A stretch of DNA of 64,000 nucleotides from an uncultured Clostridia bacterium (GCA_944349515.1 CALVNE010000003.1:3331-67330); one strand, 5' to 3'. Shown: positions 42,466 to 53,209, counted from the stretch's first letter. Made by a program: numbers and translations. Notes: a model not told the origin generated them from the sequence alone.

Positions 42466-44892
42466 TTGGCAAATCAATTAAACGGACTTAAAACAATAAA
42501 CAACTTACAAAGAGACGGCTCTTTGCAGAATTTATTATTGTCAATCAAAGATTCCAAACTTGAGGTGGATGCTTTTTCTAAAAAACTTCAAGAGAAAAAG
42601 CAAAATTTGCAGGCAAAACTCCGCGAAGAAGAAAAGTTAAAAGAGCAAAAGGTGGAACAGGTCAAGGCGGAAGAAAAGAAAGTGGAACCCGCTTCACCAA
42701 ACAAGCAAGTTGAAGAAAAAAGAGAGAATAAAGAATTTAAGCAAGATAGCAACAAATTTCGTAAATTCGATAATTCAAATAACCAAAACAAGAAGAATTT
42801 TCAACCGGGTAAAAAGCCACCGTTCAACAAAAATACCCCGCAAAATGGCGCAAAAAAACCTTTTGTTTCCACAAAAGCAAACAACTTTAAAAGTTTTGCG
42901 CCAACCGAAAGTAGCAGTGTTTTAGCACAGCCAGAACGCAACTTTGGCAATAAAAACAAGCGCCGTAATGTGGAAGAAACAAAGAAACAGCAAAGGCAAA
43001 AAACAAGCGAGCGCTATAACGGCAATGACAACAACATCTATGTACTCGACGACGAAAACGGCTTTGAAGAAACGATAATGGGATCGCGCAAACTTATCAA
43101 AAAGAAGAAAGAGGTGCAAACCGTTATCGCGCCAAAGATATCCCATGCGGTTCTAACAAGCCGAGAAATTACCATAAAAGATTTGAGCGAGAAAATTGGT
43201 AAGCCGGTTGCTGAAATTGTTAAAAAATGTATGCTACTTGGCATAATGGCAACCATAAACAGCACCATAGATTTTGACACTTGCGAACTTATTTGCTCCG
43301 ACTTTGGCATAACGCTGGAACTTAAACTCGACAAAAGTTACGAGGAAAAACTTATCGACTCGTCAAGTGACGACGATGAAAAGAATATGGTGAAGCGTCC
43401 ACCGGTTGTCACTGTTATGGGTCACGTCGACCACGGCAAAACCTCCCTTCTCGACGCGTTCAGAAAGAGCAATGTTGCTCTCGGCGAGGCGGGCGGTATA
43501 ACGCAAAAAATCGGCGCTTATCAAATAACTTTCAACAACGAAAAAATCACCTTTATCGACACACCAGGTCACGCGGCATTCACACAAATGCGTGCGCGCG
43601 GGGCGGAAGTTACGGATATCGCCATTTTGGTTGTTGCGGCTGACGACGGCATCATGCCTCAAACGGTGGAGGCGATTAACCACATTAAGGCTGCGGGCGT
43701 TCCGATGATTGTTGCTATCAACAAAATGGATAAGCCGGGCGCAAACCCAGAGCGCGTCAAACAGCAACTCACCGAGCACGGCATCTTGCCAGAGGAGTGG
43801 GGCGGAACCGCCATTTGTATTCCAATCTCCGCCAAAACTGGCATGGGCTTAGACGAACTTAAAAAGATGATTTTGCTCGTTGCCGAAATGGAAGACTTGA
43901 AGGCAAATCCTAACCGCATGGCAACCGGTGTTGTTATTGAGGCGGAACTTGACAAGTCGCGCGGACCTGTGGCAACCGTGCTTGTTAAGAACGGCACACT
44001 CAAAGTGGGCGACTCAATAATTAGCGGTATCACCTACGGCAAGGTCAAGGCGATGTTCGACGAGAACGGCAAGCCGGTTAAAAAAGCCACGCCGTCCACA
44101 CCAGTTGCTGTAATGGGCTTCAATGAAGTGCCATCTTCGGGCGACCAAGTGTATGCGGTGGAGGACTCTCTTTCTAAGCAAGTCATCAACGAAAGAATCA
44201 ACAAAATCAAAGCCGAGCGCGCTAAGCAGACTTCGGGCGTCAGCGCCGACGACTTTATGTCGAGAGTGCATGAGGGCAGTTTGAAGAACCTCAACATCAT
44301 AATAAAGGCGGACACGCAAGGTTCGGTTGAGGCACTTAAAAACTCGCTTGAAGCAATAAGAAATGAGGAAGTTAAGGTGGTCACCATTCACAGCGGTGCG
44401 GGCGCAATCACCGAAAGCGACCTTGTTTTGGCGCAAACCACCGGCGCAACGGTCATCGCTTTCAACATAAAAACACCATCTAAAACCATGCAAATGGCGG
44501 AGTCACTTAAAGTGCCGGTGTTTGAAACCAAAATTATTTACGAGGCTATCGACGAAATCACCAAGATGTCTAAGGGCATGATGACAACAAAGTACGAGGA
44601 AAAATATATCGGTTCGGCAGAGATACGGGCGGTGTTTAAACTCTCTAGTGCTGGCAAAATTGCCGGAAGTTATGTCACCGACGGCAAAATACAGCGTAAC
44701 GCCATCGCTAAAATTATGCGCGGAGGCGAAGTTGTTTTCGAAACGAGTGTTGAATCGCTTAAAATCGTTAAAGATGAAAAGGCAGAGGTTAATAAGGGCT
44801 TTGAGTGCGGAGTTAAGTTTAAAGACAACTTCGATTTTCAAGAGGGCGACATGGTGGAATATTATGTTAAAGAAGAGGTTAAGCGAGATTAA
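42466..44892 (+). CDS. infB: translation initiation factor IF-2
   Basis: 808 aa. K/E/N-rich N-terminus. G domain VTVMGHVDHGKTSLLD, DTPGH, NKMD. TTG start after AAGGAG. Confidence 0.95.
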   Translation: MANQLNGLKTINNLQRDGSLQNLLLSIKDSKLEVDAFSKKLQEKKQNLQAKLREEEKLKEQKVEQVKAEEKKVEPASPNKQVEEKRENKEFKQDSNKFRKFDNSNNQNKKNFQPGKKPPFNKNTPQNGAKKPFVSTKANNFKSFAPTESSSVLAQPERNFGNKNKRRNVEETKKQQRQKTSERYNGNDNNIYVLDDENGFEETIMGSRKLIKKKKEVQTVIAPKISHAVLTSREITIKDLSEKIGKPVAEIVKKCMLLGIMATINSTIDFDTCELICSDFGITLELKLDKSYEEKLIDSSSDDDEKNMVKRPPVVTVMGHVDHGKTSLLDAFRKSNVALGEAGGITQKIGAYQITFNNEKITFIDTPGHAAFTQMRARGAEVTDIAILVVAADDGIMPQTVEAINHIKAAGVPMIVAINKMDKPGANPERVKQQLTEHGILPEEWGGTAICIPISAKTGMGLDELKKMILLVAEMEDLKANPNRMATGVVIEAELDKSRGPVATVLVKNGTLKVGDSIISGITYGKVKAMFDENGKPVKKATPSTPVAVMGFNEVPSSGDQVYAVEDSLSKQVINERINKIKAERAKQTSGVSADDFMSRVHEGSLKNLNIIIKADTQGSVEALKNSLEAIRNEEVKVVTIHSGAGAITESDLVLAQTTGATVIAFNIKTPSKTMQMAESLKVPVFETKIIYEAIDEITKMSKGMMTTKYEEKYIGSAEIRAVFKLSSAGKIAGSYVTDGKIQRNAIAKIMRGGEVVFETSVESLKIVKDEKAEVNKGFECGVKFKDNFDFQEGDMVEYYVKEEVKRD

Positions 44893-45128
44893 TCTCTTTT
44901 TTTTCTTTTTTTATTTTGTTTTTTGCGCCAAAAAATATATAATATATCTGTGACAAGCCATTTTAAAGTGGAATTTTGCTTTTGAGGCGGGATTTTAAAC
45001 ATATTAAAAGGAAGTTTTTTTAAAGCGGAAGAATCAGTTGTTTCTTTGCGTATAAGAATGTTTTGTAAGTAAAAACTCCACTTTCAAATGTTGGTTAAAT
45101 AAGTTACAACACGATTTAGGAGGGAAAT

Positions 45129-45512
45129 ATGTCTAATAGGCAACAGCGCGCCAATAGCGAAATATTGAAGTGCTTAACAGAGATTATTAAAGATAAGATG
45201 AACGACCCACGGCTTGACAAAATTATCAGCGTCACTGAGGTCAGTGTCAGCCCGGATTTTAAATTTTGCAAGGTGAAAATAAGCGTTTTAGATGTGAAGG
45301 ACATCGAGGGCGTCACGAAAGTTTTGCAGAAATCAGAAGGCTTTATCAAGCGCGAACTTGGCAAAATGCTTGATATGCCTTTTATGCCGAAACTTAAATT
45401 TGAGGTCGACAAGGGCGCGATAAGTGTTTTGCGCGTCGAGGAAATTTTAAAAAATCTTAATATTCCACCTGAGGAGGAAGAGAATGGCGACGATAACACC
45501 GGCAAAGATTAA
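45129..45512 (+). CDS. rbfA: ribosome-binding factor A
   Basis: 127 aa. ..RANSEILKCLTEIIKD.MNDPRL..ISVTEV.VSPD.. Confidence 0.9.
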   Translation: MSNRQQRANSEILKCLTEIIKDKMNDPRLDKIISVTEVSVSPDFKFCKVKISVLDVKDIEGVTKVLQKSEGFIKRELGKMLDMPFMPKLKFEVDKGAISVLRVEEILKNLNIPPEEEENGDDNTGKD

Positions 45513-46443
45513 AGAAAGAATTAAAAGTGCAAAGAAAGTGGCAATTTTCGGACATTTGCACCCGGACCTAGACTGCTTTGGCGCAATGTTCGGCGCAAAA
45601 TATATGTGCGAAAGTCTGGGCGTGAAATGTGATATCTTTTCCAACTTCGCAGATGACTTGTTCTTACTTGGTATCTTTCCAAAAAGTGAAATTAAAACAA
45701 AATTCGATAAAAGTAAATACGATTTAATTTTGATTGTCGATTGCCACACTTTTGAACGCATTGATGCGCTTTATCGCGAGGATTTGGCGAGCAAAGATAT
45801 TCTTATAATCGACCACCATGAGCAGATTTTCGACGATACAGATATCGAATTTTATATTCGGTCTGATAAGTGCTCGGCAAGCATAGTTATCTACGACCTT
45901 CTTAAGATGTTTAAGATTAAACTAATGCCGGAGGTGGCAACATATATCTACGCAGGAATTGTTGGCGACACGGACAGATTTCTTCACAACAACACCACGC
46001 CCGAGGTGTTCGACTGCGCTTCGAAACTTGTTAAGGCGGGCGCCGACGTTCAAAAAGTCTACGATGTTGTTTATCGCTCAATGACAATGAGTCAAATACA
46101 TCTTCGAAACTTCCTTTTTGAAAATTTAACGGAGTTCAGTGAGAAGGTTTGCTATGTTGTTGTCAGCAAAGCGGACCTCGCGAAACTGCACGCCACAGTG
46201 GAGGACCTAAAGATGTTTGTGAATGATATCAATCTGATTAAAAAGTACAGCGCGGTTGTGGTGGCGTATGAGGTGGAAGAAAATAACTACAAAGTCAGCA
46301 TGAGGGCAAAAAATAACGCCGAGGTGCTGAGCGTGGCGGTTAGACACGGCGGTGGCGGGCATAAAATGGCTGCGGGTTTTTCGCTTGTGGGCAACAAACG
46401 CGCCGTTTTAAGCGAGATAAAAAAGATTTGCAAGGAGTTTTAA
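45484..46443 (+). CDS. nrnA: DHH/DHHA1 phosphoesterase (NrnA-like oligoribonuclease / pAp phosphatase)
   Basis: 319 aa. ..GHLHPDLDCFG.., ..IIDHHE.., ..GDTDRF.., ..GGGGHKMAAG.. Confidence 0.85.
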   Translation: MATITPAKIKERIKSAKKVAIFGHLHPDLDCFGAMFGAKYMCESLGVKCDIFSNFADDLFLLGIFPKSEIKTKFDKSKYDLILIVDCHTFERIDALYREDLASKDILIIDHHEQIFDDTDIEFYIRSDKCSASIVIYDLLKMFKIKLMPEVATYIYAGIVGDTDRFLHNNTTPEVFDCASKLVKAGADVQKVYDVVYRSMTMSQIHLRNFLFENLTEFSEKVCYVVVSKADLAKLHATVEDLKMFVNDINLIKKYSAVVVAYEVEENNYKVSMRAKNNAEVLSVAVRHGGGGHKMAAGFSLVGNKRAVLSEIKKICKEF

Positions 46444-47303
46444 TGCATCAACCTTATGAAAAAAGCGGAATTATCTTAATCAACAAGCCGAAAGGTATTT
46501 CGTCCAATGCGGTTGTAAACATTGTCAAAAAAACGCTTGGCGCCAAAAAGTGCGGTCACCTTGGAACGCTCGACCTTGAAGGCGAGGGACTTTTGCCGGT
46601 CACGGTCAATCATGCCACCAAACTTTTTGACTACTTTTTAGGTAAGGATAAAACTTACGAGGCGAACTTTCAGTTCGGGGCGGAAACTGACACGCTCGAC
46701 ACCTCTGGCAAAGTGATAAAAGAGGCAGGGGTCAATTTTAGCGCCGACGACCTTGAAAGTGCAGTGCAGTTTTTCACAAAAAAATATCCTCAACTTCCTC
46801 CGCAATACTCAGCGAAGAAGGTGGGCGGAAAGGTGGCGTACCTTGAGGCGCGAAAGGGCGAAAAAGTTGACCTTAAACCCAAAGAGGTGGAAATTTATTC
46901 TTTCAAGGTTTTAAAGAAAATTTCAAAAGATATCTACCGCTTTGAAATTTCGTGTTCAAGCGGAACCTACATTCGTAGCCTTGCTCGCGACCTTGCATAC
47001 TACCTCGGCACATATGGTAGTATGCAATGCATACTACGCACAAGGTGTGGTGGTTTCTATCTTAAAGACGCCTCCACACTTGAAGAGTTAAAGGCGGGGA
47101 AATTTAACCTAATTGAAATGGATAGCGTGTTCGATTATGAGAAAATTTATCTAACCGACGAGGAATTTTTTAAGTTAGATAACGGGCAGAAATTAAAGCC
47201 CACCTTAAGTGACGGCAAGTTTAGACTATATCATAATTCGCAGTTTTTGGGCGTGGGCGAGGTAGCAAAAGGCGTGCTTAAATTTAAACTGAGGCTATAT
47301 TAA
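46443..47303 (+). CDS. truB: tRNA pseudouridine(55) synthase
   Basis: ..GIILINKPKGISS..., ..GHLGTLD.. catalytic Asp motif. The ATG at 46443 overlaps the nrnA stop (TAATG) and follows AAGGAG. Confidence 0.9.
   Translation: MHQPYEKSGIILINKPKGISSNAVVNIVKKTLGAKKCGHLGTLDLEGEGLLPVTVNHATKLFDYFLGKDKTYEANFQFGAETDTLDTSGKVIKEAGVNFSADDLESAVQFFTKKYPQLPPQYSAKKVGGKVAYLEARKGEKVDLKPKEVEIYSFKVLKKISKDIYRFEISCSSGTYIRSLARDLAYYLGTYGSMQCILRTRCGGFYLKDASTLEELKAGKFNLIEMDSVFDYEKIYLTDEEFFKLDNGQKLKPTLSDGKFRLYHNSQFLGVGEVAKGVLKFKLRLY
47017..47037 (+). repeat. GTAGTATGC-AAT-GCATACTAC palindrome inside the truB coding sequence
   Basis: Read directly. An extra GCATACTAC lies at 46995. Same core as the intergenic palindromes at 11995 and 53677. 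Confidence 0.85.
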
Positions 47304-47543
47304 TAGGTTAAAAATTAAGTTAGCACAATAAATTTAAGGCTAAAAATTGCAAAATGATAGCGAAAAAAATTGCAATTCTTAAAAATGATTATAACAGCAA
47401 TGATATTGAGCCTTTTAAGAAAATGTGCGACAATAATGCGCGACAATAATTTTGAAAATCTATTTAAAAAATATTTTAAACGAAAAATTTTTGATAACAA
47501 AATCTATGCTTTCGAGTAAGTAAACACTAAAAAAGGAGTTAAC

Positions 47544-48404
47544 ATGGGGAAAATTTTGTTCGGTCCGGCGGGGAACAGCCAATCCTTCTTCGACGAGGGG
47601 CATTCGGCAACGCTTGAGGCGCCAAAGTGGGTAAGCGAAAGAGGACTTGACCTTTTTGAATATAGTTTTGGGCAAGGGTATCGCATGAGCGCGGATATGG
47701 CAAAAAAGATAGGCGACGAATTTAAAAAGTACAACATTGAAATGTCGGTGCACGCACCGTATTTCATCAATTTTGCCAATCCCGACGAGGAGATGTACTT
47801 AAAAAGTGTCGGTTACCTAAGTACCGGCATAAAGTTTTTGAAGAGTTTTGGCGCTAAGCGCATGGTTTTTCACCCGGCGTCTTGCGGAAAACTCACGCGT
47901 GACGAGGCAGTGGCGCTCATGACGAACCGTCTTAAAGAAACCATGCCAAAACTTGAAGAGGAACTTGGTGACGACCTCTATCTTTGTCCGGAAACCATGG
48001 GTAAGACCATGCAAATTGGCACTTTTAAAGAGATTATCGACCTATGCACAATCTCTCCGCGCCTTCTTCCCACCTTCGACTTTGGGCATATCAACGCGCT
48101 GACGCAAGGCTCGCTCAAAACGCCAGACGATTTTAGGCGGATATTTGACTATTCCTTCGAGAAACTTGGCGACCGCACAAAGATAGCGCACATTCACTTT
48201 TCGAAAATTCAGTACGGCGCCAAAGGCGAGATAAGGCACTTGACCTTCGATGACGAAATTTACGGACCGCGTTTTGAAGATTTGGTGAATGTTTTAATCG
48301 ACCTCGACCTTTCTTGTCATGTGATTTGCGAGTCCTCCGGCACCATGGCTGAGGATGCAAAAACAATGAAAGATATTTACCTCAAAACACTTGCAAAAAC
48401 CTAA
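47544..48404 (+). CDS. xylose-isomerase-like TIM-barrel protein (AP endonuclease family 2 / endonuclease IV-like)
   Basis: 286 aa. ..SVHAPYFINFANPD.., ..MVFHPAS.., ..LCPETMG.., ..FDFGHINA.. resemble the Nfo-type metal-binding pattern. AAGGAG RBS. Confidence 0.7.
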   Translation: MGKILFGPAGNSQSFFDEGHSATLEAPKWVSERGLDLFEYSFGQGYRMSADMAKKIGDEFKKYNIEMSVHAPYFINFANPDEEMYLKSVGYLSTGIKFLKSFGAKRMVFHPASCGKLTRDEAVALMTNRLKETMPKLEEELGDDLYLCPETMGKTMQIGTFKEIIDLCTISPRLLPTFDFGHINALTQGSLKTPDDFRRIFDYSFEKLGDRTKIAHIHFSKIQYGAKGEIRHLTFDDEIYGPRFEDLVNVLIDLDLSCHVICESSGTMAEDAKTMKDIYLKTLAKT

Positions 48405-48529
48405 AAGTTGTGCTATACTAATTTAGTTATTGGTGCAGTGCATCAAACGTTTTAGCGCATGTAGGTTTAAATAAATTTGGTTTTATCTATAAGTTTGCGC
48501 GCATTAAAATTTATGATTAGGAGAAAATT

Positions 48530-49090
48530 ATGGTAACAGCAGGAGATTTTAGAAAAGGTACAACTTTTGAAATGGACGGCGCGGTTTATAACGTCATCGA
48601 ATTTATGCACGTAAAACCGGGCAAGGGTTCGCCATTTGTTAGGGCGAAGATTAAAAACGTCATGACCGGGCAAGTGAGAGAGGAAACTTTCAACCCAAGC
48701 GACAAATTTCAAGAGGCAGTCATCGAGAAAAAAGAGATGCTCTATCTTTACAACGACGGCGACCTCTACTACTTTATGGATAACGAAACTTACGAGCAAA
48801 TGCCACTCAATAAGGAGGTTGTTGCGGATGTGCTCAACTTCGTCACTGAGAACATGAACACCACCATGTATATCTACAAGGGCGTGCCGTTCGCCGTTTA
48901 TCCACCAACTTTCGTGGAACTTGAAGTTGTCGACACCGAACCGGGCATTCAGGGCGACACCTCTAAGGCGTCCAAAAAACCGGCAAAACTTATCACCGGC
49001 TACACAATCAACGTGCCACTTTTCGTCAACATTGGCGACATCATTCGCGTGGATACCCGCGACGGTTCATATATGGAAAAGGTGAAGTAA
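48530..49090 (+). CDS. efp: translation elongation factor P
   Basis: 186 aa. ..[37 protein letters not shown].. Confidence 0.95.
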   Translation: MVTAGDFRKGTTFEMDGAVYNVIEFMHVKPGKGSPFVRAKIKNVMTGQVREETFNPSDKFQEAVIEKKEMLYLYNDGDLYYFMDNETYEQMPLNKEVVADVLNFVTENMNTTMYIYKGVPFAVYPPTFVELEVVDTEPGIQGDTSKASKKPAKLITGYTINVPLFVNIGDIIRVDTRDGSYMEKVK

Positions 49091-49248
49091 GTTTTCGCAG
49101 TTTAGCGCTTATTGATTTTAACGTGGTAAAATTTGCCATATTTAAAGGTTGCATTATCGTAATTTGAGCCAAACGGTTTAACGCGCCAAATGTTTAAAAA
49201 AACACAACTTTAAAATGTGGCGTGGCAAATATATGCGTGTTCTACTAA

Positions 49249-49276
49249 AAGATTAATCGCAAGGTTAGTCTTTTTT
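49249..49276 (+). terminator. candidate rho-independent terminator
   Basis: AAGATTAATC-GCAA-GGTTAGTCTT (2 G-U pairs) followed by a T-run. About 160 nt after the efp stop. Confidence 0.45.
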
Positions 49277-49373
49277 GTTGTTCAAATTTACTTGATTTAT
49301 TTTCAAATTTGTTCTATACTTAAAAGGTCGAAAGTTTAGTAAATTTTAAAATTTTTAACTCAAAGAGGGTGTT

Positions 49374-51797
49374 ATGTTAGATAAAAAGTATAATATAGGG
49401 GAAAAAGAGGCAAAGTGGCAAAAGTTTTGGCAGGAAAATGGGATATATAAGTTCGACCCGAAGTCGAATAAACCCACTTTTTCTATTGACACTCCGCCAC
49501 CAACCGTCAGCGGGAAGTTGCACATTGGGCATATTTCCGGTTTCACGCAAGCCGACATGATTGCGCGCTATCAGCGTATGCAAGGAAAAAACCTCTTCTA
49601 TCCGCTCGGCTTTGACAACAACGGGCTTCCAACCGAACTACTCGTCGAGAAGGAAAAGAAAATACGAGCGCACTCCCTTCCTCGCGAGGAATTTACGCAA
49701 ATCGCCCTCGATTTAGTGGCAAAATACAACCAGTCCTATCGCGATATGATGGTGAAGGCGGGCATGAGTTGCGATTTAGAACTTGGATACGATACTATTG
49801 ACCAAAAAAGCCAAAAAACAAGCCAAAAGTCCTTTATTGAACTCGCCAAAAAGGGGATTGCATACCGCGCGAACAAGCCTTCTCCTTGGTGCTGTAAGTG
49901 CCGAACTAGCGTTGCCGAACTTGAACTTGAAGATAAGGAACTTGACAGCGTTTTCAACTATTTGAATTTCCGCTTGGCAGACGGCTCAGGGACCATTCCT
50001 ATCGCCACTACGCGTCCAGAGTTTTTGCCGGCATGCGTGGCAATTTTCGTAAATCCAGAAGATGAGCGATACAAAAACCTCGTCGGCAAAAAGGTTAAAG
50101 TGCCACTTTTTGAGGAAAATGAAGTGACAATTTTATCCGATAGCAAGGTGGGCATCGATAAGGGTACCGGCATTGTTATGTGCTGTACCTTTGGCGACCA
50201 AACAGACGTGGAGTGGTGGAAAGAGTATCACCTTCCGCTTAAACAGGCGATTGATGAGGCGGGCAGAATGACCGAAATCGCCGGGAAATATGCTGGGCTT
50301 AAAGTGCTTGAGGCGCGAAAGGCGGTTATTGAAGATTTGAAAAACCAGGGCTACATCTTTAAACAAGACCCTATCAAACACTCAGTTAAAGTGCACGAAA
50401 GGTGCGAGGAGCCAATTGAATTTCTTTCCAAAAAGCAGTGGTTTATTCGCACATCCACGCCGGAACTTAAAGCAAAGTGGGCGGAACTTGGCGAAAAATT
50501 AATTTGGCGCCCTGAGAGCATGAAAGTGAGGTACATGACTTGGGTTAACAACCTAAATCAAGACTGGTCGATATCGCGCCAACGCTATTTCGGCGTTCCT
50601 TTCCCGGTTTGGTATTGCGCTGAGTGCGGAGAGCCTATCTTTGCGGACGAGCAAGATTTGCCGGTTAATCCTCTCACCAACCAGCCAAAAATTTCGAAGT
50701 GCCATAAGTGCGGTTGTGCGGAGTTTGTGCCAGAAAGCGACGTTATGGACACTTGGGCGACATCTTCTGTTACACCACAAATTAATTGTAATTGGGCAGA
50801 CGATGAGGAAGGGTGCAAAAGGCGTATGCCAATGGATATGCGCTTTTGCGGGCGAGATATCATCACCACTTGGAGTTTGCGCACGATTATAAAGGCATAT
50901 TATCATCAAAATTGCCTACCTTGGAAAATGCTTATAGTTAACGGTTGGGTTATGGCTGACAAAGGCATAAAAATAAGCAAGCACTTATCTAATTCAAAAA
51001 TGGATTTACAGGAAATTCTTTCTACTTACGGCGCCGATGTGGTTAGATATTGGTGTGCGATTGGCGCTTATGGGCGCGATGTAATGTTCAGCGACGACGG
51101 TTTAAAAGACGGTTACAAACTTTTAAATAAACTTTGGAATGCGTCGAAATTTGTCCTCTCCTTCCTTGAAGATTACACGCCGAAAAAACCAAAACAAGTT
51201 CTGCCAATGGATAGATACATCATGCACAAGTTTAATGACGCCTTTAAGAAAACTTGCGCGCAGTACGATAGCGTCGAAATGGGCTACGCCAAAGCGGAAA
51301 TAGAAAAATTCTTCTGGAACTTCTGCGATAACTACATCGAACTTGCCAAAAACCGCTTGTATAAGCCAGAAGTTTACGGCGAGGAGGCAAAAGAGTCCGC
51401 GCAGTGGGCGTGCTACAATGTTCTTTTGGGCGTTATTAAAATTTTCGCTATCACCATGCCACATATAACCGAGGAAATCTATCAAGACTACTTCCGAAAA
51501 TTTGAGGGAGAAAAGAGCATTCATCTCACCGTTTTGAAACCTATCGACATTGAGGCGGAGGAAAATATCATTCAAAACGGCGACGAGGTTTTGGAAATCG
51601 TTTCAAAAGTTCGTCAGTTTAAGAGCGAAAATAAACTTAGTTTGAAAACGGAAATTGCCGATATTACCATTCAAAGCCAGAAACTAGCATTCATTATATC
51701 TTGCGAAAGCGACATCAAAGCCGTAACCTCGGTGCGCGAGATAAAGTTTGAAGAGGGCGACTTCTCGGTTGCCATTGGTGAGGTTATTGGAGAGTAA
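49374..51797 (+). CDS. valS: valine--tRNA ligase (short, archaeal-like type without C-terminal coiled coil)
   Basis: 807 aa. IDTPPPTVSGKLHIGH, ..LGFDNNGLPTE.., editing-domain TTRPEFLPACVAIFVNPEDERY, degenerate KMSKS (KISKHLSNS). Confidence 0.85.
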   Translation: MLDKKYNIGEKEAKWQKFWQENGIYKFDPKSNKPTFSIDTPPPTVSGKLHIGHISGFTQADMIARYQRMQGKNLFYPLGFDNNGLPTELLVEKEKKIRAHSLPREEFTQIALDLVAKYNQSYRDMMVKAGMSCDLELGYDTIDQKSQKTSQKSFIELAKKGIAYRANKPSPWCCKCRTSVAELELEDKELDSVFNYLNFRLADGSGTIPIATTRPEFLPACVAIFVNPEDERYKNLVGKKVKVPLFEENEVTILSDSKVGIDKGTGIVMCCTFGDQTDVEWWKEYHLPLKQAIDEAGRMTEIAGKYAGLKVLEARKAVIEDLKNQGYIFKQDPIKHSVKVHERCEEPIEFLSKKQWFIRTSTPELKAKWAELGEKLIWRPESMKVRYMTWVNNLNQDWSISRQRYFGVPFPVWYCAECGEPIFADEQDLPVNPLTNQPKISKCHKCGCAEFVPESDVMDTWATSSVTPQINCNWADDEEGCKRRMPMDMRFCGRDIITTWSLRTIIKAYYHQNCLPWKMLIVNGWVMADKGIKISKHLSNSKMDLQEILSTYGADVVRYWCAIGAYGRDVMFSDDGLKDGYKLLNKLWNASKFVLSFLEDYTPKKPKQVLPMDRYIMHKFNDAFKKTCAQYDSVEMGYAKAEIEKFFWNFCDNYIELAKNRLYKPEVYGEEAKESAQWACYNVLLGVIKIFAITMPHITEEIYQDYFRKFEGEKSIHLTVLKPIDIEAEENIIQNGDEVLEIVSKVRQFKSENKLSLKTEIADITIQSQKLAFIISCESDIKAVTSVREIKFEEGDFSVAIGEVIGE

Positions 51798-51943
51798 GTT
51801 TGAAACACTTTTTATAACGCATTTTCACAAATCTTACCATGCACCGCGCGAAAGTTGTTGTTTTTCATGCGACTTATATAAAAAGCGAGGTATTTGACTT
51901 AAAAATTTTGTTCAAAACTAAGTTTGTTATATGTAAATAAAAC

Positions 51944-51983
51944 CACTTTAAAAACATTTTAACGCTTGTTAAAGTGTTTTTTT
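51944..51983 (+). terminator. candidate rho-independent terminator
   Basis: CACTTTAA ... TTAAAGTG with a 17-nt loop, followed by T7. Confidence 0.45.
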
Positions 51984-52158
51984 GTTGCAATAATTTTGTC
52001 ACTGCGCCAGTTATTTTCCATTTTATAAATTGCAAAAATTATATTTGTTATCATATCAATTAAGATTCCGCGCAAGAATATATCACATTGAAAAAACGCC
52101 TGTTTATCTAAAATGTTTAGTGGCAATAATAGAAAATATATAGATAAAAGAGGTGAAA

Positions 52159-53160
52159 ATGAAGTACGATACAGTGAAATTCAGGCGCCAACCGAAGATT
52201 ATCGGGTCCTATTCAATCGTGGGACCGAAGGAGGGTGCGGGTAATTTCAAGGACTATTTCGACTATATCATGAAAAACGACCTTTTCGGCGAAAAGACCT
52301 TCGAAAAGGCGGAAAGGAAGATGATTGAAACCGCTATCACGGGCGCCATACAAAAGGCGAAACTCAATATGCGCGATATAAACATTTTGGTGGCGGGCGA
52401 CCTGCTAAACCAAATAATTTCCTCCTCCTATGCGGCGCGTGCCTTTGATTTCCCCTACTTAGGCGTATACGGCGCTTGTTCCACAATGGCGGAAGGTATT
52501 GCGGTGGCGTCTACGCTTGTGGACGGAGGATATTTTGAAAATGTGGTATGTTGCACAGCCTCGCACTTCTCCACCGCGGAGCGTCAATATCGTTTTCCGC
52601 TGGAACTTGGCAATCAGCGTCCGCCGGTGTCGCAGTGGACGGTGACGGGCGCCGGCAGTTGCGTGCTTTCGCAAAAGGGCAAGGGTCCGCGCGTGACAAT
52701 GGCAACATTCGGCAAGGTCATCGATTGGGGTGTGGTGGACGTCAATAATATGGGCGCCGCAATGGCACCTGCGTGCGCGCAGACCATGCTTGCTCACTTT
52801 GAAAACACAAAAACCACGCCGGACGACTACGACCTTATCGCGACAGGCGACCTTGGCAAACTCGGCAGCGAAATTCTCATCGACTTAATGGAAGATAACG
52901 GCGTAAAGTTGGGGCTTAACTATAGCGATTGCGGGCAAATGTATTTTAGGCGCGACCAAGATACTCTTTGTGGGGCGTCTGGTTGCGGGTGCAGTGCCAC
53001 CGTTTTCAATTCCTACATTATGAAAAAATTGCAAGACGGGCAGTACAAACGGGTGCTATTTATGCCAACGGGCGCGCTACTTAGCACCACCGCCACACAA
53101 CAAGGCGAAAGCATTCCCGGGGTTTGCCACGCGCTGGTCATTGAAGCGTACGAGGAGTGA
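52159..53160 (+). CDS. spoVAD: stage V sporulation protein AD (thiolase-like)
   Basis: ..VKFRRQPKIIGSYSIVGPKEG.., ..GACSTMAE... ATG at 52159 after AGAGGTG. Confidence 0.9.
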   Translation: MKYDTVKFRRQPKIIGSYSIVGPKEGAGNFKDYFDYIMKNDLFGEKTFEKAERKMIETAITGAIQKAKLNMRDINILVAGDLLNQIISSSYAARAFDFPYLGVYGACSTMAEGIAVASTLVDGGYFENVVCCTASHFSTAERQYRFPLELGNQRPPVSQWTVTGAGSCVLSQKGKGPRVTMATFGKVIDWGVVDVNNMGAAMAPACAQTMLAHFENTKTTPDDYDLIATGDLGKLGSEILIDLMEDNGVKLGLNYSDCGQMYFRRDQDTLCGASGCGCSATVFNSYIMKKLQDGQYKRVLFMPTGALLSTTATQQGESIPGVCHALVIEAYEE

Positions 53161-53209
53161 GGCTAAACAAGATGTAAAACGAAAATTATTTTAAAAGGTG
53201 GAGCGAAAA

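Noticed and set aside
49091-49373. A T-box or other riboswitch upstream of valS, and likewise upstream of proS.
   Set aside because: No AGAGA/GNUGCGA stem I elements, specifier loop or T-box sequence are seen before valS. proS is translationally coupled to xseB and has no leader at all.
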